DNA of 64,000 nucleotides from Alphaproteobacteria bacterium (lineage in GTDB: Bacteria; Pseudomonadota; Alphaproteobacteria; SMXQ01), in NCBI GenBank assembly GCA_030831315.1, contig JAURLI010000024.1:6565-70564 (forward strand). The letters run 5' to 3'. Every line of letters begins with the position of its first letter. The stretch's first letter is position 1. The notes under the pieces are model-generated. The model was not told the origin of the DNA. It worked only from the letters and a program-made list of their open reading frames with translations, and ran no database searches. Shown here one piece after another: positions 32,392-41,617 of the stretch. Position numbers and translations under genes: made by a program.

Positions 32392-32484
32392 CTAGAATGA
32401 ATATTTGACGATGAGCGCCATCACGATCGTGATGGCAATGCCGAGCAGAATCGTGTTCTGCAGACTCTCTAGAGGATTTTTCAT
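32392..32484 (-). CDS. Unannotated 30-aa single-TM small protein (MKNPLESLQNTILLGIAITIVMALIVKYSF)
   Basis: ATG at 32484..32482 and stop at 32394..32392. It lies 15 bp upstream of, and on the same strand as, the PuuD-like membrane protein. It has a hydrophobic core and is too short for the ORF track. Confidence 0.3.
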   Translation of the reverse strand: MKNPLESLQNTILLGIAITIVMALIVKYSF

Positions 32485-32599
32485 TTCGCCCCCTTCGCGT
32501 GCTTCATGGAATTAGTATTAAATTCCGTTCCAGCCACTATATATAGCAGAAAATCTGGGGGCGCAACTTGGGTATCCGAGTCCGGTTTTCGGACTTGTA

Positions 32600-33460
32600 T
32601 CAGCGCCGCGCGATCAGTGCGCCGAACAGGGCCTTGAAGCGCAAAAGCCGAAACCGCCACGGCGAGGGTGACCGCGGCTTGGAAACCTCGGACATTTTTG
32701 CAAGCGCGCCGACCTCCGCCATCAATTCAAGCAGCGCCGCATGCGCCGCAGCACGCTTGCGCCATGATGTGAACGTACCGCCAAAACCTTCGGCTTCATC
32801 GGCCAGCGCGGAGACCTGCTCGAGCGCGCGCGCCATCACCTTGCGTAATGACGGCGACAGACGCTGGAATTCGAGGTCGCCGATTTCGCCCTGGGCTTCC
32901 GCGAACCAGCGTTCGGGCAGATAGACGCGGCCAAGCCATCGGTAGTGGCTTGGCGCCCGGGCGACGATTTCCTTGACCTGCCACGCGATAGCGAAGGCTT
33001 CTGCCTTTTTCGTGGCCGCCCCATCGGCGCCGAGCATTGCCGCGGCAAGCGCGCCCACCGGTGCCGCGCTGAAGCGGCACCACATCAGAAGGTCCGACCA
33101 GTCGCGGTAGCGCGACTTGCGCAGGTCTTGCCCCGCGGCCTGAAGGATGCGCCAGGCGGCACGCCCGTCCATGCCGCGCGTCCTCAGAAGTTCTGCCAGC
33201 GCAACCGCGGGTGCGCTCCATGACGACAGGCCGGCGGTGCCGTCGTCACTAAACGGGGCGGCGAGAGCCGCCAGCGCCGCTTCCTTGCGGTCCGCCGCCA
33301 GCGCCGGATGATCGGCGACCGAACGGACCGCTGCGACAAAACGAAAGAGAACGCCGAGATCGTCCTGCGCCGCGCGGTCGAGCAATCCCCAGGCGACGGT
33401 CTCGCGCCACGGCTCGCCGGTGGCGGCTGTGACGGCGGCGACGGGATCGGGTGTGGACAT
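32600..33460 (-). CDS. Squalene/phytoene synthase (trans-isoprenyl diphosphate synthase head-to-head) family protein, motif-degenerate
   Basis: GRVYLPERWF is SQS/PSY-like. At the first Asp-rich motif position it reads FRFVAAVRSVADHP instead of DxxxD. Confidence 0.5.
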   Translation of the reverse strand: MSTPDPVAAVTAATGEPWRETVAWGLLDRAAQDDLGVLFRFVAAVRSVADHPALAADRKEAALAALAAPFSDDGTAGLSSWSAPAVALAELLRTRGMDGRAAWRILQAAGQDLRKSRYRDWSDLLMWCRFSAAPVGALAAAMLGADGAATKKAEAFAIAWQVKEIVARAPSHYRWLGRVYLPERWFAEAQGEIGDLEFQRLSPSLRKVMARALEQVSALADEAEGFGGTFTSWRKRAAAHAALLELMAEVGALAKMSEVSKPRSPSPWRFRLLRFKALFGALIARR

Positions 33461-33515
33461 GCGGCCTCACGATTTGGCAGGCGGGGCGGGATGCGGGCGA
33501 TTATAGTGCCCCGAC

Positions 33516-34388
33516 ATGAACGATAACAGGACACAAACCGGACAAGCGGCCGATGCGCTGTCGGCCTGCGCCGAAATTGCCGCGCAACAGGACCGTGAGC
33601 GCTGGCTGGCGGCGAGCATTGCGCCGGCGCCGGAACGTGCGCGCCTCGCTGTGCTCATCGCCTTCAATGCCGAAGTCGCACGTACCCGCGACGTCGTGAC
33701 GGAAGCCATGCTTGGCCTCATCCGGCTGCAATGGTGGCGTGAAACCGTTTCGGCCGCAGCAGCGGGCACGCCACGGGCGCATCCCGTCGCAGAAGGCCTC
33801 GCTGCGCTGTTCGCCGAAGGTCGCGTAGCTGAAGCCGACCTGATCGCCCTGATCGACGCCCGCGAGCGTGATCTCGAAAGCGAAGGCCTTGCCACCCTCG
33901 GGGACTTCCTCGCCTACACGGACGCGACGGCAGGCACGTTCAATCGTATTGCCCTTGAACTTCTTGGCGTGGATGGCGAAAGCGCCCGCACTGCGGCCCG
34001 TCACGTCGCCCGTGCCGTCGCCATCGCCGGACAGTTGCGCTCGGTCGCGGCCAATGCCGCCCGCGGGCGTATCCTGTTGCCGCGCGCCTTTCTGGGCGGA
34101 CACGGGGTCTCGATTGCAGGACTGCTGGCGGGCCGGCCGGAAGCAAACCTTGCCGCCGCAGCGCGGGAACTTGCCGCGATCGCTCTCGGCAACCTTGCCG
34201 CCGCCCGCGCCATGCGCGCCGAAGTGCCGCGCGCGGCCCTGCCGGTGCTGGCGACGGCACGCTTTGCCGGCCACCACCTGAAACGGCTGGAAAAAGCTCG
34301 TTACGACCTGTTCGGCGGAACGCTGGAAGCAGCACCCCTGTCTGCGCCGCTCGCGGTGCTGGCAGCGCTCGTTACCGGACGCTACTGA
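33516..34388 (+). CDS. Squalene/phytoene synthase family protein, motif-degenerate (divergent partner)
   Basis: LIRLQWWRETV and GRILLPRAFL are SQS/PSY-like. It reads AFNAEVARTRDVV where the YAFCRxxDDIVD motif is expected. Confidence 0.5.
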   Translation: MNDNRTQTGQAADALSACAEIAAQQDRERWLAASIAPAPERARLAVLIAFNAEVARTRDVVTEAMLGLIRLQWWRETVSAAAAGTPRAHPVAEGLAALFAEGRVAEADLIALIDARERDLESEGLATLGDFLAYTDATAGTFNRIALELLGVDGESARTAARHVARAVAIAGQLRSVAANAARGRILLPRAFLGGHGVSIAGLLAGRPEANLAAAARELAAIALGNLAAARAMRAEVPRAALPVLATARFAGHHLKRLEKARYDLFGGTLEAAPLSAPLAVLAALVTGRY

Positions 34389-34395
34389 GCAAAGC

Positions 34396-35799
34396 CTATT
34401 CGTGCACCAGCAGGCTGCTGTCGCTGCCTGCAAGCCAGCCCGCGAACTCGGTCCGGGCGCGGGCGCTGTAGGCCTCGCGCCGGGTCTTGCCGCGCAGCGG
34501 GCGGCCGCGGGCATCGCGCAACTCTATCTCCGGAAAGAGGCCGAAGTTGGCATTCATCGGCTGGAAGGTACCGGCATCGGCGCCGCCCGTGATGTGATTG
34601 AGAAGCGCGCCCATGGATGTCGTGACAGGCGGCGGCGCAAAGGCACAGCCCGTCGCCTCGGCCGCGGCAAAATTCCCGGCAAGTATGCCCATCGCCGCCG
34701 ATTCGACGTAGCCTTCAACGCCCGTGATCTGGCCCGCGAAACGCAGGCGGGGCACGGCCTTGAGCCGCAGCTCGCCATCGAGCAGGCGCGGCGAATTGAG
34801 GAACGTATTGCGGTGAATGCCGCCGAGGCGCGCGAATTGCGCGTTCTCCAACCCCGGGATCATGCGGAAGATGCGAGTCTGCTCGCCGTGCTTCAGCTTG
34901 GTCTGGAAACCGACCATGTTGTAGAGCGTGCCGAGCGCATTGTCCTGGCGCAGCTGCACCACGGCGAAAGGCCGGTGCCCTGAATGGGGATCGGTCAGCC
35001 CGACCGGCTTCATCGGCCCATAGGCAAGAGTCATCTCGCCGCGCTCGGCCATGACCTCGATCGGCAGGCAGCCCTCGAAGTAGGGCGTGTTCTTTTCCCA
35101 CTCCTTGAATTCGGTCTTTTCGCCCGCATTCAGCGCCGCGACGAAGGCGAAGTACTGGTCGCGGTTCATCGGGCAATTGACATAGGCCGCCTTGTCGCCC
35201 GCCGGGCCTTCCTTGTCATAGCGCGACTGCATCCAGGCGACATCGAAGTCGATGCTGTCGCGATGAACGATCGGCGCGATGGCATCGAAGAAGGCGAGGC
35301 TGTCTTCCCCCGTCGCATTGCCGATGGCCCCGGCCAGGGCAGGCGAGGTCAGCGGCCCGGTGGCAATGACGACGTTCGCCCAGTCGTTGGGCGGCAGGCC
35401 GGTAATCTCGCCACGCTCGACGGTGATCAGCGGGTGGGCGGCGATGGTCTCTGTAACGGCACGGGCGAAGCCTTCGCGGTCGACCGCAAGCGCACCGCCT
35501 GCCGGAACCTGATGACTGTCGGCCGCCGCCATGATCAGCGAACCCATGTCGCGCATTTCGGCGTGCAGCAGGCCGACCGCGTTGGTCGATGCGTCGTCGG
35601 AACGCAAGCTGTTGGAACAGACAAGTTCCGCCAGATCGCCGGTCTTGTGGGCGGGCGTCCCCTTGTCGGGGCGCATTTCGTGAAGGATGACGGTGCAGCC
35701 GCGGCGCGCGGCGGCCCAGGCAGCCTCGCAACCGGCGAGGCCGCCGCCGATGACATGAATGGGGGCGGGGGGCTTGTTCATGGGCGCAACCAACCCCAA
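34396..35799 (-). CDS. trmFO: Methylenetetrahydrofolate--tRNA-(uracil-5-)-methyltransferase TrmFO
   Basis: An FAD-binding [18 protein letters not shown]-terminus. The length is typical of TrmFO/Gid (467 aa). Confidence 0.9.
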   Translation of the reverse strand: MGLVAPMNKPPAPIHVIGGGLAGCEAAWAAARRGCTVILHEMRPDKGTPAHKTGDLAELVCSNSLRSDDASTNAVGLLHAEMRDMGSLIMAAADSHQVPAGGALAVDREGFARAVTETIAAHPLITVERGEITGLPPNDWANVVIATGPLTSPALAGAIGNATGEDSLAFFDAIAPIVHRDSIDFDVAWMQSRYDKEGPAGDKAAYVNCPMNRDQYFAFVAALNAGEKTEFKEWEKNTPYFEGCLPIEVMAERGEMTLAYGPMKPVGLTDPHSGHRPFAVVQLRQDNALGTLYNMVGFQTKLKHGEQTRIFRMIPGLENAQFARLGGIHRNTFLNSPRLLDGELRLKAVPRLRFAGQITGVEGYVESAAMGILAGNFAAAEATGCAFAPPPVTTSMGALLNHITGGADAGTFQPMNANFGLFPEIELRDARGRPLRGKTRREAYSARARTEFAGWLAGSDSSLLVHE

Positions 35800-35838
35800 A
35801 CCCCCGGCGCCGTCAAGGCCGCGCCTCGGATTGCCCCT

Positions 35839-37824
35839 TTATCGCGCGGCGGCCGCCTCTTCCGCCTTGCCCTTTTCGCCGGCTACCCGGGTCTGGGCAG
35901 CCTCGACGATCATGCCGAGGACATCGGCATAGCTGTGTCCGGCGAAACCCGCCATCAGGTTGAACTTGCCGTCCCAGCACCAGCCGGGGTTCGGATTGAC
36001 CTCGAGCAGCTTTGGCACGCCCTGGGCATCGGCCCGGAAATCGAAGCGGGCATAGTCGCGGCAGCCGGTGCGCTCGAACAGCTTGATCGAGGAATCGATC
36101 ATCTGGCGCTGGATCTCCTCGTCGGCGCGGGCCTGGCGATAGCGAATATCGGTCCAGTAGGGACTGTCGGGATCCCATTTCGATTCGTAGGACAGAATGG
36201 GGGGCAGGCCCTGGGGCAGCTTCGAATAATCGACCTCCAGCATCGGCAGAACGGTAAAGCCGTGGCCGGGATTGCCGATCAGGCCGACCGAATATTCGGA
36301 GCCGGTCAGGTATTCCTGAACGAGGATGGCGCGGCCCGGAAAATTCTCGCGCAGAAAATTGAGGTAGCTGACCGCTTCCTCGGCGTTCCTGACCACCGCC
36401 TTCTGGGTAATGCCGATGGAACTGTCGCCGGTCGATGGCTTGAGCAGCGCCGGGAAGAACGACGGGATCGTGGCCGCGGTATCATCAGGCCCCGTGTAGG
36501 TTTCAAGCGGTACCGGCACGCCCAGATCGGCAGCGATCGCGCGGATCAGGCTCTTGTCGTAGCAAAGCCCGAGGGACGACGGCCCGGCGCCGCTGTAGGG
36601 AATGTCCAGCAGCTCCATGATCGCCGGAACGTGCAGTTCCTTGAAGGCGTCGTTGTTGAAGCCTTCGTCACACAGGTTGAGCACGAAGTCAGGGCGCTGC
36701 GTGCGCAGGTCCTGGATCAGCGTCGCGTGGTTATCGAGGTAGCTCCACTGGTAGCCCGGCAACTCGTCCAGCGCATCCTTGAGGCGTTGGATCGTCGCCA
36801 TGTCCTCGGGATTGAAGTGGCCGCCCAGCTTGACGTCGTCGGGCAGGCGGGGATCGCCCATCAGCACGGTGACGTTGGGATAAACGGGTCCGCGCACCGA
36901 ACGCTGGGTACGCGGCGGCGCCAGCGCGGTGACGTAGAATCGCCGCGACATCATGCCGAGGTCCTGGTTGCGCTCGGACTCGGTTTCGACGCCGCGGTGA
37001 ATGCGCACCTCGCGGAAACCGGCACCTTCCAGCAATCGGGTGATGCTCTCTGGATTGTAGAGACGCTCGGCGTAGAACTGGTCGGCGATGACGCCCTGTT
37101 CTGCGTTGGTCACGACTTCACGGCAGACGAGTCGGGTGCCGTCGGCAGAAAGCGAGCGCTCGCGGTTGACGAAATGATCCTTGTCGATCCACTCCCATGA
37201 GCGCGGCTCGTAATGGGTCTTGATCCAGTCGCCGTCGGTCAGGTCCAGCACCAGCTTGGCGCCCGAGCGGGTGATGCGGCGGATCGCCGAGAAAACCTCG
37301 GCGTCGTCCTCGGGCCGTTCGAAATAGCCGAACGAATTGCCGAGGATCACCACGGCATCGAAGCTGGCATCGGGCAGGCGCACCTGGCGCGCATCGCCTT
37401 CCTTGAAGGCCACCGGCAGGTTCTCCTTGCGCGCGCGGCGGCGGGCGAGGCGGATCAGGTAACGCGAGCGGTCGAGCCCGGTAACGTTGCCGAAGCCCCG
37501 GCGGGCCAGTTCCAGCGAATGGCGGCCCTGTCCGCAGCAGAGATCGAGGATGCGATCGCCCGGCTCCAGCCCGGAAACGCGAAGGATTTCGTCAACCTCG
37601 CGCTGGGTGTTGCGGTTGTCCTCGACGACGTCGCCGTCGGTCTGCAGGTAAACCGCATTGAACAGGGTGCGCCACCAGTCATGGGGCAGGTGCCGCTCGA
37701 GATCCGAGACGGGGCCGAGCGTGCGCGGCACGCCGGGTCTGGGCGTCGCGCGCGGACGCGCCTGGCGGGCGCTGCCGCCGCTACTCGGAGGCTGGGTGGG
37801 GGAAGAACTGTCGGAACTGGCCAT
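35839..37824 (-). CDS. Two-domain protein: N-terminal class-I SAM-dependent methyltransferase fused to a C-terminal D-Ala-D-Ala-ligase-like ATP-grasp domain
   Basis: Residues about 60-290 carry SAM motif I (ILDLCCGQGRHS) and downstream MTase motifs. Residues about 330-650 carry ATP-grasp/Ddl motifs (LLKPSTGDSSIGI, ILVQEYLTGSEYSVGLIG, LLEVNPNPGW). The N-terminus is Ser/Pro-rich and low-complexity. Confidence 0.6.
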   Translation of the reverse strand: MASSDSSSPTQPPSSGGSARQARPRATPRPGVPRTLGPVSDLERHLPHDWWRTLFNAVYLQTDGDVVEDNRNTQREVDEILRVSGLEPGDRILDLCCGQGRHSLELARRGFGNVTGLDRSRYLIRLARRRARKENLPVAFKEGDARQVRLPDASFDAVVILGNSFGYFERPEDDAEVFSAIRRITRSGAKLVLDLTDGDWIKTHYEPRSWEWIDKDHFVNRERSLSADGTRLVCREVVTNAEQGVIADQFYAERLYNPESITRLLEGAGFREVRIHRGVETESERNQDLGMMSRRFYVTALAPPRTQRSVRGPVYPNVTVLMGDPRLPDDVKLGGHFNPEDMATIQRLKDALDELPGYQWSYLDNHATLIQDLRTQRPDFVLNLCDEGFNNDAFKELHVPAIMELLDIPYSGAGPSSLGLCYDKSLIRAIAADLGVPVPLETYTGPDDTAATIPSFFPALLKPSTGDSSIGITQKAVVRNAEEAVSYLNFLRENFPGRAILVQEYLTGSEYSVGLIGNPGHGFTVLPMLEVDYSKLPQGLPPILSYESKWDPDSPYWTDIRYRQARADEEIQRQMIDSSIKLFERTGCRDYARFDFRADAQGVPKLLEVNPNPGWCWDGKFNLMAGFAGHSYADVLGMIVEAAQTRVAGEKGKAEEAAAAR

Positions 37825-37949
37825 GATTATCCTCCGGCCTGTTCAAGCGATCCGTGGATCGGTAACACCAAAATGGCGTCGCGCGTAACTTGTCGCAGTC
37901 CCCACAAATTTCAAGGGGATTCTTGAGCAATCGTTTTGATTTTCACCGT

Positions 37950-40841
37950 TCAGGCGCTGCGCTTGCGCTTTGATGGCGCCAGCAGCGGCGCGAGGTACTG
38001 CCCGGTATAGCTGCCCTTCGCCGCCGCCACGTCATCAGGTGTGCCGGTGGCGACGATCCTGCCGCCGCCGTCGCCGCCTTCGGGGCCGAGGTCGATCAGC
38101 CAGTCGGCGGTCTTGATGACCTCGAGGTTGTGCTCAATCACCACCACCGTGTTGCCCTGATCGACGAGGCGGTGCAGCACTTCCAGCAGCTTTTTCACGT
38201 CCTCGAAATGCAGGCCGGTCGTGGGTTCGTCGAGGATATAGAGCGTGCGCCCGGTGGAGCGCCGCGCCAGTTCCTTGGCGAGCTTGACCCGCTGGGCCTC
38301 GCCGCCCGAAAGGGTGGTCGCCTGCTGGCCGATATGGATGTAACCAAGGCCCACCTCGGCCAGCGATTCGAGCTTGCCGCGAATGGCGGGCACCGCCTTG
38401 AACACATCGATGCCTTCTTCCACGGTCAGGTCGAGCACATCGGCGATGGTCTTGTCGCGGTAGCGGATTTCGAGCGTTTCGCGATTGTAGCGGCGTCCCT
38501 TGCATTCATCGCACTGGACGTAGACATCGGGCAGGAAGTGCATCTCGATCTTGATGACGCCGTCGCCCTGGCAGGCCTCGCAGCGCCCACCCTTGACGTT
38601 GAAGGAGAAGCGCCCGGGCTTGTAGCCGCGCGCCTTGGCCTCGGGCAGGCCGGCGAACCAGTCGCGGATCGGCGTGAAGGCGCCGGTATAGGTCGCCGGG
38701 TTGGACCGCGGCGTGCGGCCGATGGGAGACTGGTCGATGTCGATGATCTTGTCGACGAATTCGAGGCCCTCGATCGCTTCGTGCTCGCCCGGATGCAGGC
38801 GGGCACCCATCAGGCGGCGGGCCGCCGCCTTGTAGAGGGTTTCGATCACCAGCGACGACTTACCGCCGCCCGAAACCCCGGTGACGCAGGTAAAGGTGCC
38901 AAGCGGGATGCCCGCGGTCACATTGGCCAGGTTGTTGGCGCGCGCCCCCTTGATCACGATCTTTTCGCCACGCTTGCCCTTGCGGCGCGACGCGGGCACT
39001 TCGATCCGCCGGCGAGCGGTCAGGTAGGCAGCGGTCAGGCTGTCCTCGACGGCCATGACTTCATCGGGCGTACCCGCGGCGACCACATGGCCGCCGTGAA
39101 CGCCGGCACCGGGCCCCATGTCGATCAGGTAATCGGCGGTGCGGATCGCTTCTTCATCGTGTTCGACGACCAGCACCGTGTTGCCGAGGTCACGCAACCG
39201 CTTGAGGGTCTCGAGCAGCCGCGCATTGTCGCGCTGGTGCAGGCCGATGGAGGGTTCGTCGAGGACATAGAGTACCCCGGTCAGGCCCGAGCCGATCTGG
39301 GACGCCAGCCGGATGCGCTGGGATTCGCCGCCCGAAAGGGTGGCGGAGGCGCGCGCCAGCGTCAGGTATTCGAGGCCGACATCGACGAGGAAGCCGAGGC
39401 GCTCGTTGATCTCCTTCAGGATGCGCAGCGCGATTTCGCGCTTCTGCGGCGTCAGGTCCTTGTCGATGTCGCGGAACCACCAGGCGGCGCGCTTGATCGA
39501 AAGTTCCGTCACCTGTCCGATGTGAAACCCGCCGATCTTGACGGCGAGCGCCTCGGGCTTCAGGCGATAACCCGTGCAGGCCTCGCAGGGCTGGGCCGAT
39601 TGAAAGCGCGAAAGCTCGTCGCGCAGCCATGCGGAGTCGGCCTCGCGGTAACGGCGCTCTAGGTTCGGAATGACGCCCTCAAACGGCTTGGTGACGTCGT
39701 ATTTCTTGAAGCCGTCGTCATAGCGGAACTTGACCGCTTCCTCGCCGGTGCCGAACAGCACCGCCTTCTTCGCTGCCTCCGACAGTTGCTCCCACGGCTG
39801 GGTGGTCGAAAACTTGAGCTGGCGGGCGAGCGAATCGACGGTCTGGGCGTAATACTGGGACGTCGAACGCGCCCACGGCGCGAGTGCCCCTTCGCGCAAG
39901 GAGAGCCTGCCGTCGGGCACCACCAGTTCGGGATCGAAATAGAGCTTCACGCCGAGCCCGTCGCAGGCCGGGCAGGCGCCGTGCGGGTTGTTGAAGGAAA
40001 ACAGGCGCGGCTCGATCTCATCCAGCGTAAAGCCCGATACGGGGCAGGCGAACTTGGCTGAAAAGGTCGTACGCTCGCCGCTATCGGCATTTTCGGCAAA
40101 GACCAGACCGTCGGCGAGGCCGAGGGCCACTTCGAGACTGTCGGCGAGCCGGTTGCCGAGCTTGCCCGACACCACGATGCGGTCCACCACCACCTCGATG
40201 TCGTGCTTGATGTTCTTCTCGAGCGCCGGCACCGCGTCGATCTCGTAGACCTTGCCGTCCACCTTGACGCGCTGGAACCCGCGTTTGCGCAGGTCGGCCA
40301 GTTCCTTGCGATATTCGCCCTTGCGCCCGCGCACGATAGGGGCCAGCAGCAGAAGCCGCGTGCCCTCGGCCATCGCCATGATGCGATCGACCATCTGGCT
40401 GACGGTCTGGCTTTCGATGGGCAGGCCCGTGGCGGGCGAGTAGGGGGTGCCGACGCGGGCAAACAGGAGGCGCAGGTAGTCGTAGATCTCCGTCACCGTA
40501 CCGACCGTCGAGCGCGGATTGCGCGAGGTGGTTTTCTGCTCGATGGAAATCGCGGGCGATAGCCCTTCGATGGTGTCGTAATCGGGCTTCTGCATCATTT
40601 CGAGGAACTGGCGGGCATAGGCCGACAGGCTCTCGACGTAGCGCCGTTGGCCCTCGGCATAGATCGTGTCGAAGGCGAGCGACGACTTGCCCGATCCCGA
40701 CAGGCCGGTAATCACCACCAGCCTGTCGCGGGGAATATCGACATCGACGTTTTTCAGGTTGTGCTCGCGCGCGCCGCGCACGGAAATCTGGTGCGCGGCG
40801 GGGGCGGCGAAAGTGGCGGAAGATGTCTTTTTTCTGGCCAT
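37950..40841 (-). CDS. uvrA: Excinuclease ABC subunit A
   Basis: Start is taken at ATG 40841 (MARKKTSS...[23 protein letters not shown]). Walker A and signature motifs are duplicated ([34 protein letters not shown]). The track ORF extends 105 codons further upstream without support. Confidence 0.95.
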   Translation of the reverse strand: MARKKTSSATFAAPAAHQISVRGAREHNLKNVDVDIPRDRLVVITGLSGSGKSSLAFDTIYAEGQRRYVESLSAYARQFLEMMQKPDYDTIEGLSPAISIEQKTTSRNPRSTVGTVTEIYDYLRLLFARVGTPYSPATGLPIESQTVSQMVDRIMAMAEGTRLLLLAPIVRGRKGEYRKELADLRKRGFQRVKVDGKVYEIDAVPALEKNIKHDIEVVVDRIVVSGKLGNRLADSLEVALGLADGLVFAENADSGERTTFSAKFACPVSGFTLDEIEPRLFSFNNPHGACPACDGLGVKLYFDPELVVPDGRLSLREGALAPWARSTSQYYAQTVDSLARQLKFSTTQPWEQLSEAAKKAVLFGTGEEAVKFRYDDGFKKYDVTKPFEGVIPNLERRYREADSAWLRDELSRFQSAQPCEACTGYRLKPEALAVKIGGFHIGQVTELSIKRAAWWFRDIDKDLTPQKREIALRILKEINERLGFLVDVGLEYLTLARASATLSGGESQRIRLASQIGSGLTGVLYVLDEPSIGLHQRDNARLLETLKRLRDLGNTVLVVEHDEEAIRTADYLIDMGPGAGVHGGHVVAAGTPDEVMAVEDSLTAAYLTARRRIEVPASRRKGKRGEKIVIKGARANNLANVTAGIPLGTFTCVTGVSGGGKSSLVIETLYKAAARRLMGARLHPGEHEAIEGLEFVDKIIDIDQSPIGRTPRSNPATYTGAFTPIRDWFAGLPEAKARGYKPGRFSFNVKGGRCEACQGDGVIKIEMHFLPDVYVQCDECKGRRYNRETLEIRYRDKTIADVLDLTVEEGIDVFKAVPAIRGKLESLAEVGLGYIHIGQQATTLSGGEAQRVKLAKELARRSTGRTLYILDEPTTGLHFEDVKKLLEVLHRLVDQGNTVVVIEHNLEVIKTADWLIDLGPEGGDGGGRIVATGTPDDVAAAKGSYTGQYLAPLLAPSKRKRSA

Positions 40842-40991
40842 GGCGGTGATACGTAAATCCTTTTCCCCCGGATCGCGGGGCAGCCTTAAAGCATACACCG
40901 ATTCGCCCTTTTGGTGACCGATTTGCTGTGGTGCCCGGGGTGGGCATCGGGTACTCTCCCGGTCAATAAAGTCACCAACGAGAGGCGGAAG

Positions 40992-41453
40992 ATGGCGGGC
41001 AGCGTCAACAAGGTCATCCTCATCGGCAATCTGGGCCGCGATCCAGAGGTGCGCAGCACCCAGGATGGTTCCAAGATCGTCCAGCTTTCCGTTGCCACGT
41101 CCGAACAGTGGCGCGACCGCGCAAGCGGAGAGCGCAAGGAACGCACCGAATGGCACCGGGTGGTGATCTTCAACGAACGCCTCGCCGAAGTGGCGGAGAA
41201 GTATCTCCGCAAGGGCTCCAAGGTGTACCTGGAAGGCCAGTTGCAGACCCGCAAGTGGACTGACAAGGACGGCAACGACAAGTACACGACCGAAGTCGTG
41301 CTCGGTAAATTCCGCGGCGAACTGACCATGCTGGATGGCCGCGGTGACAGCGGCGGCGGCGATTTCGGCGGCTCGGATTCGGGTCCCTCGCGCTCTTTGG
41401 GCGGCAGCGCGCCGGGGGGCCGCAATGATCTCGACGACGAGATTCCGTTCTAG
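40992..41453 (+). CDS. ssb: Single-stranded DNA-binding protein
   Basis: ATG 40992 follows the RBS gagagg. An OB fold ([21 protein letters not shown]) is followed by a Gly-rich tail ending DDEIPF. It is divergent from uvrA, as is common in alphaproteobacteria. Confidence 0.9.
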   Translation: MAGSVNKVILIGNLGRDPEVRSTQDGSKIVQLSVATSEQWRDRASGERKERTEWHRVVIFNERLAEVAEKYLRKGSKVYLEGQLQTRKWTDKDGNDKYTTEVVLGKFRGELTMLDGRGDSGGGDFGGSDSGPSRSLGGSAPGGRNDLDDEIPF

Positions 41454-41456
41454 TCA

Positions 41457-41482
41457 AAAGGGGGCCGAAATGGCCCCCTAAT
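41457..41482 (+). terminator. Terminator after ssb
   Basis: The hairpin gggggcc-gaaat-ggccccc is followed by an A/T-rich stretch. Confidence 0.55.
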
Positions 41483-41505
41483 GCCTTCATCCAAAACGGC
41501 TTTTT

Positions 41506-41538
41506 TCACGATATCTTGTTGTTCGGATGGACGCGATC
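41506..41538 (+). promoter_or_regulatory. Candidate sigma70 promoter for gyrA
   Basis: A TTGTTC-like -35 is followed 17 nt later by TATATT/CTATAT (41532-41538), which matches the alphaproteobacterial -10 consensus CTATAT. Assigned by eye only. Confidence 0.3.
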
Positions 41539-41617
41539 GGCTATATTTTGATCTATCTTCTGATGACCCTCCGGGCGCGTCCCCGCGTCCCGCCGACAGC
41601 AACCGGGTAGCCGTTTC

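Noticed and set aside
40842-40991. Searched the uvrA<>ssb divergent intergenic region for an alphaproteobacterial LexA/SOS box (GAAC-N7-GAAC or GTTC-N7-GTTC)
   Set aside because: Neither GAAC nor GTTC occurs in this 150-bp region, so no SOS box is called. Any box may lie inside coding sequence, or regulation may differ.
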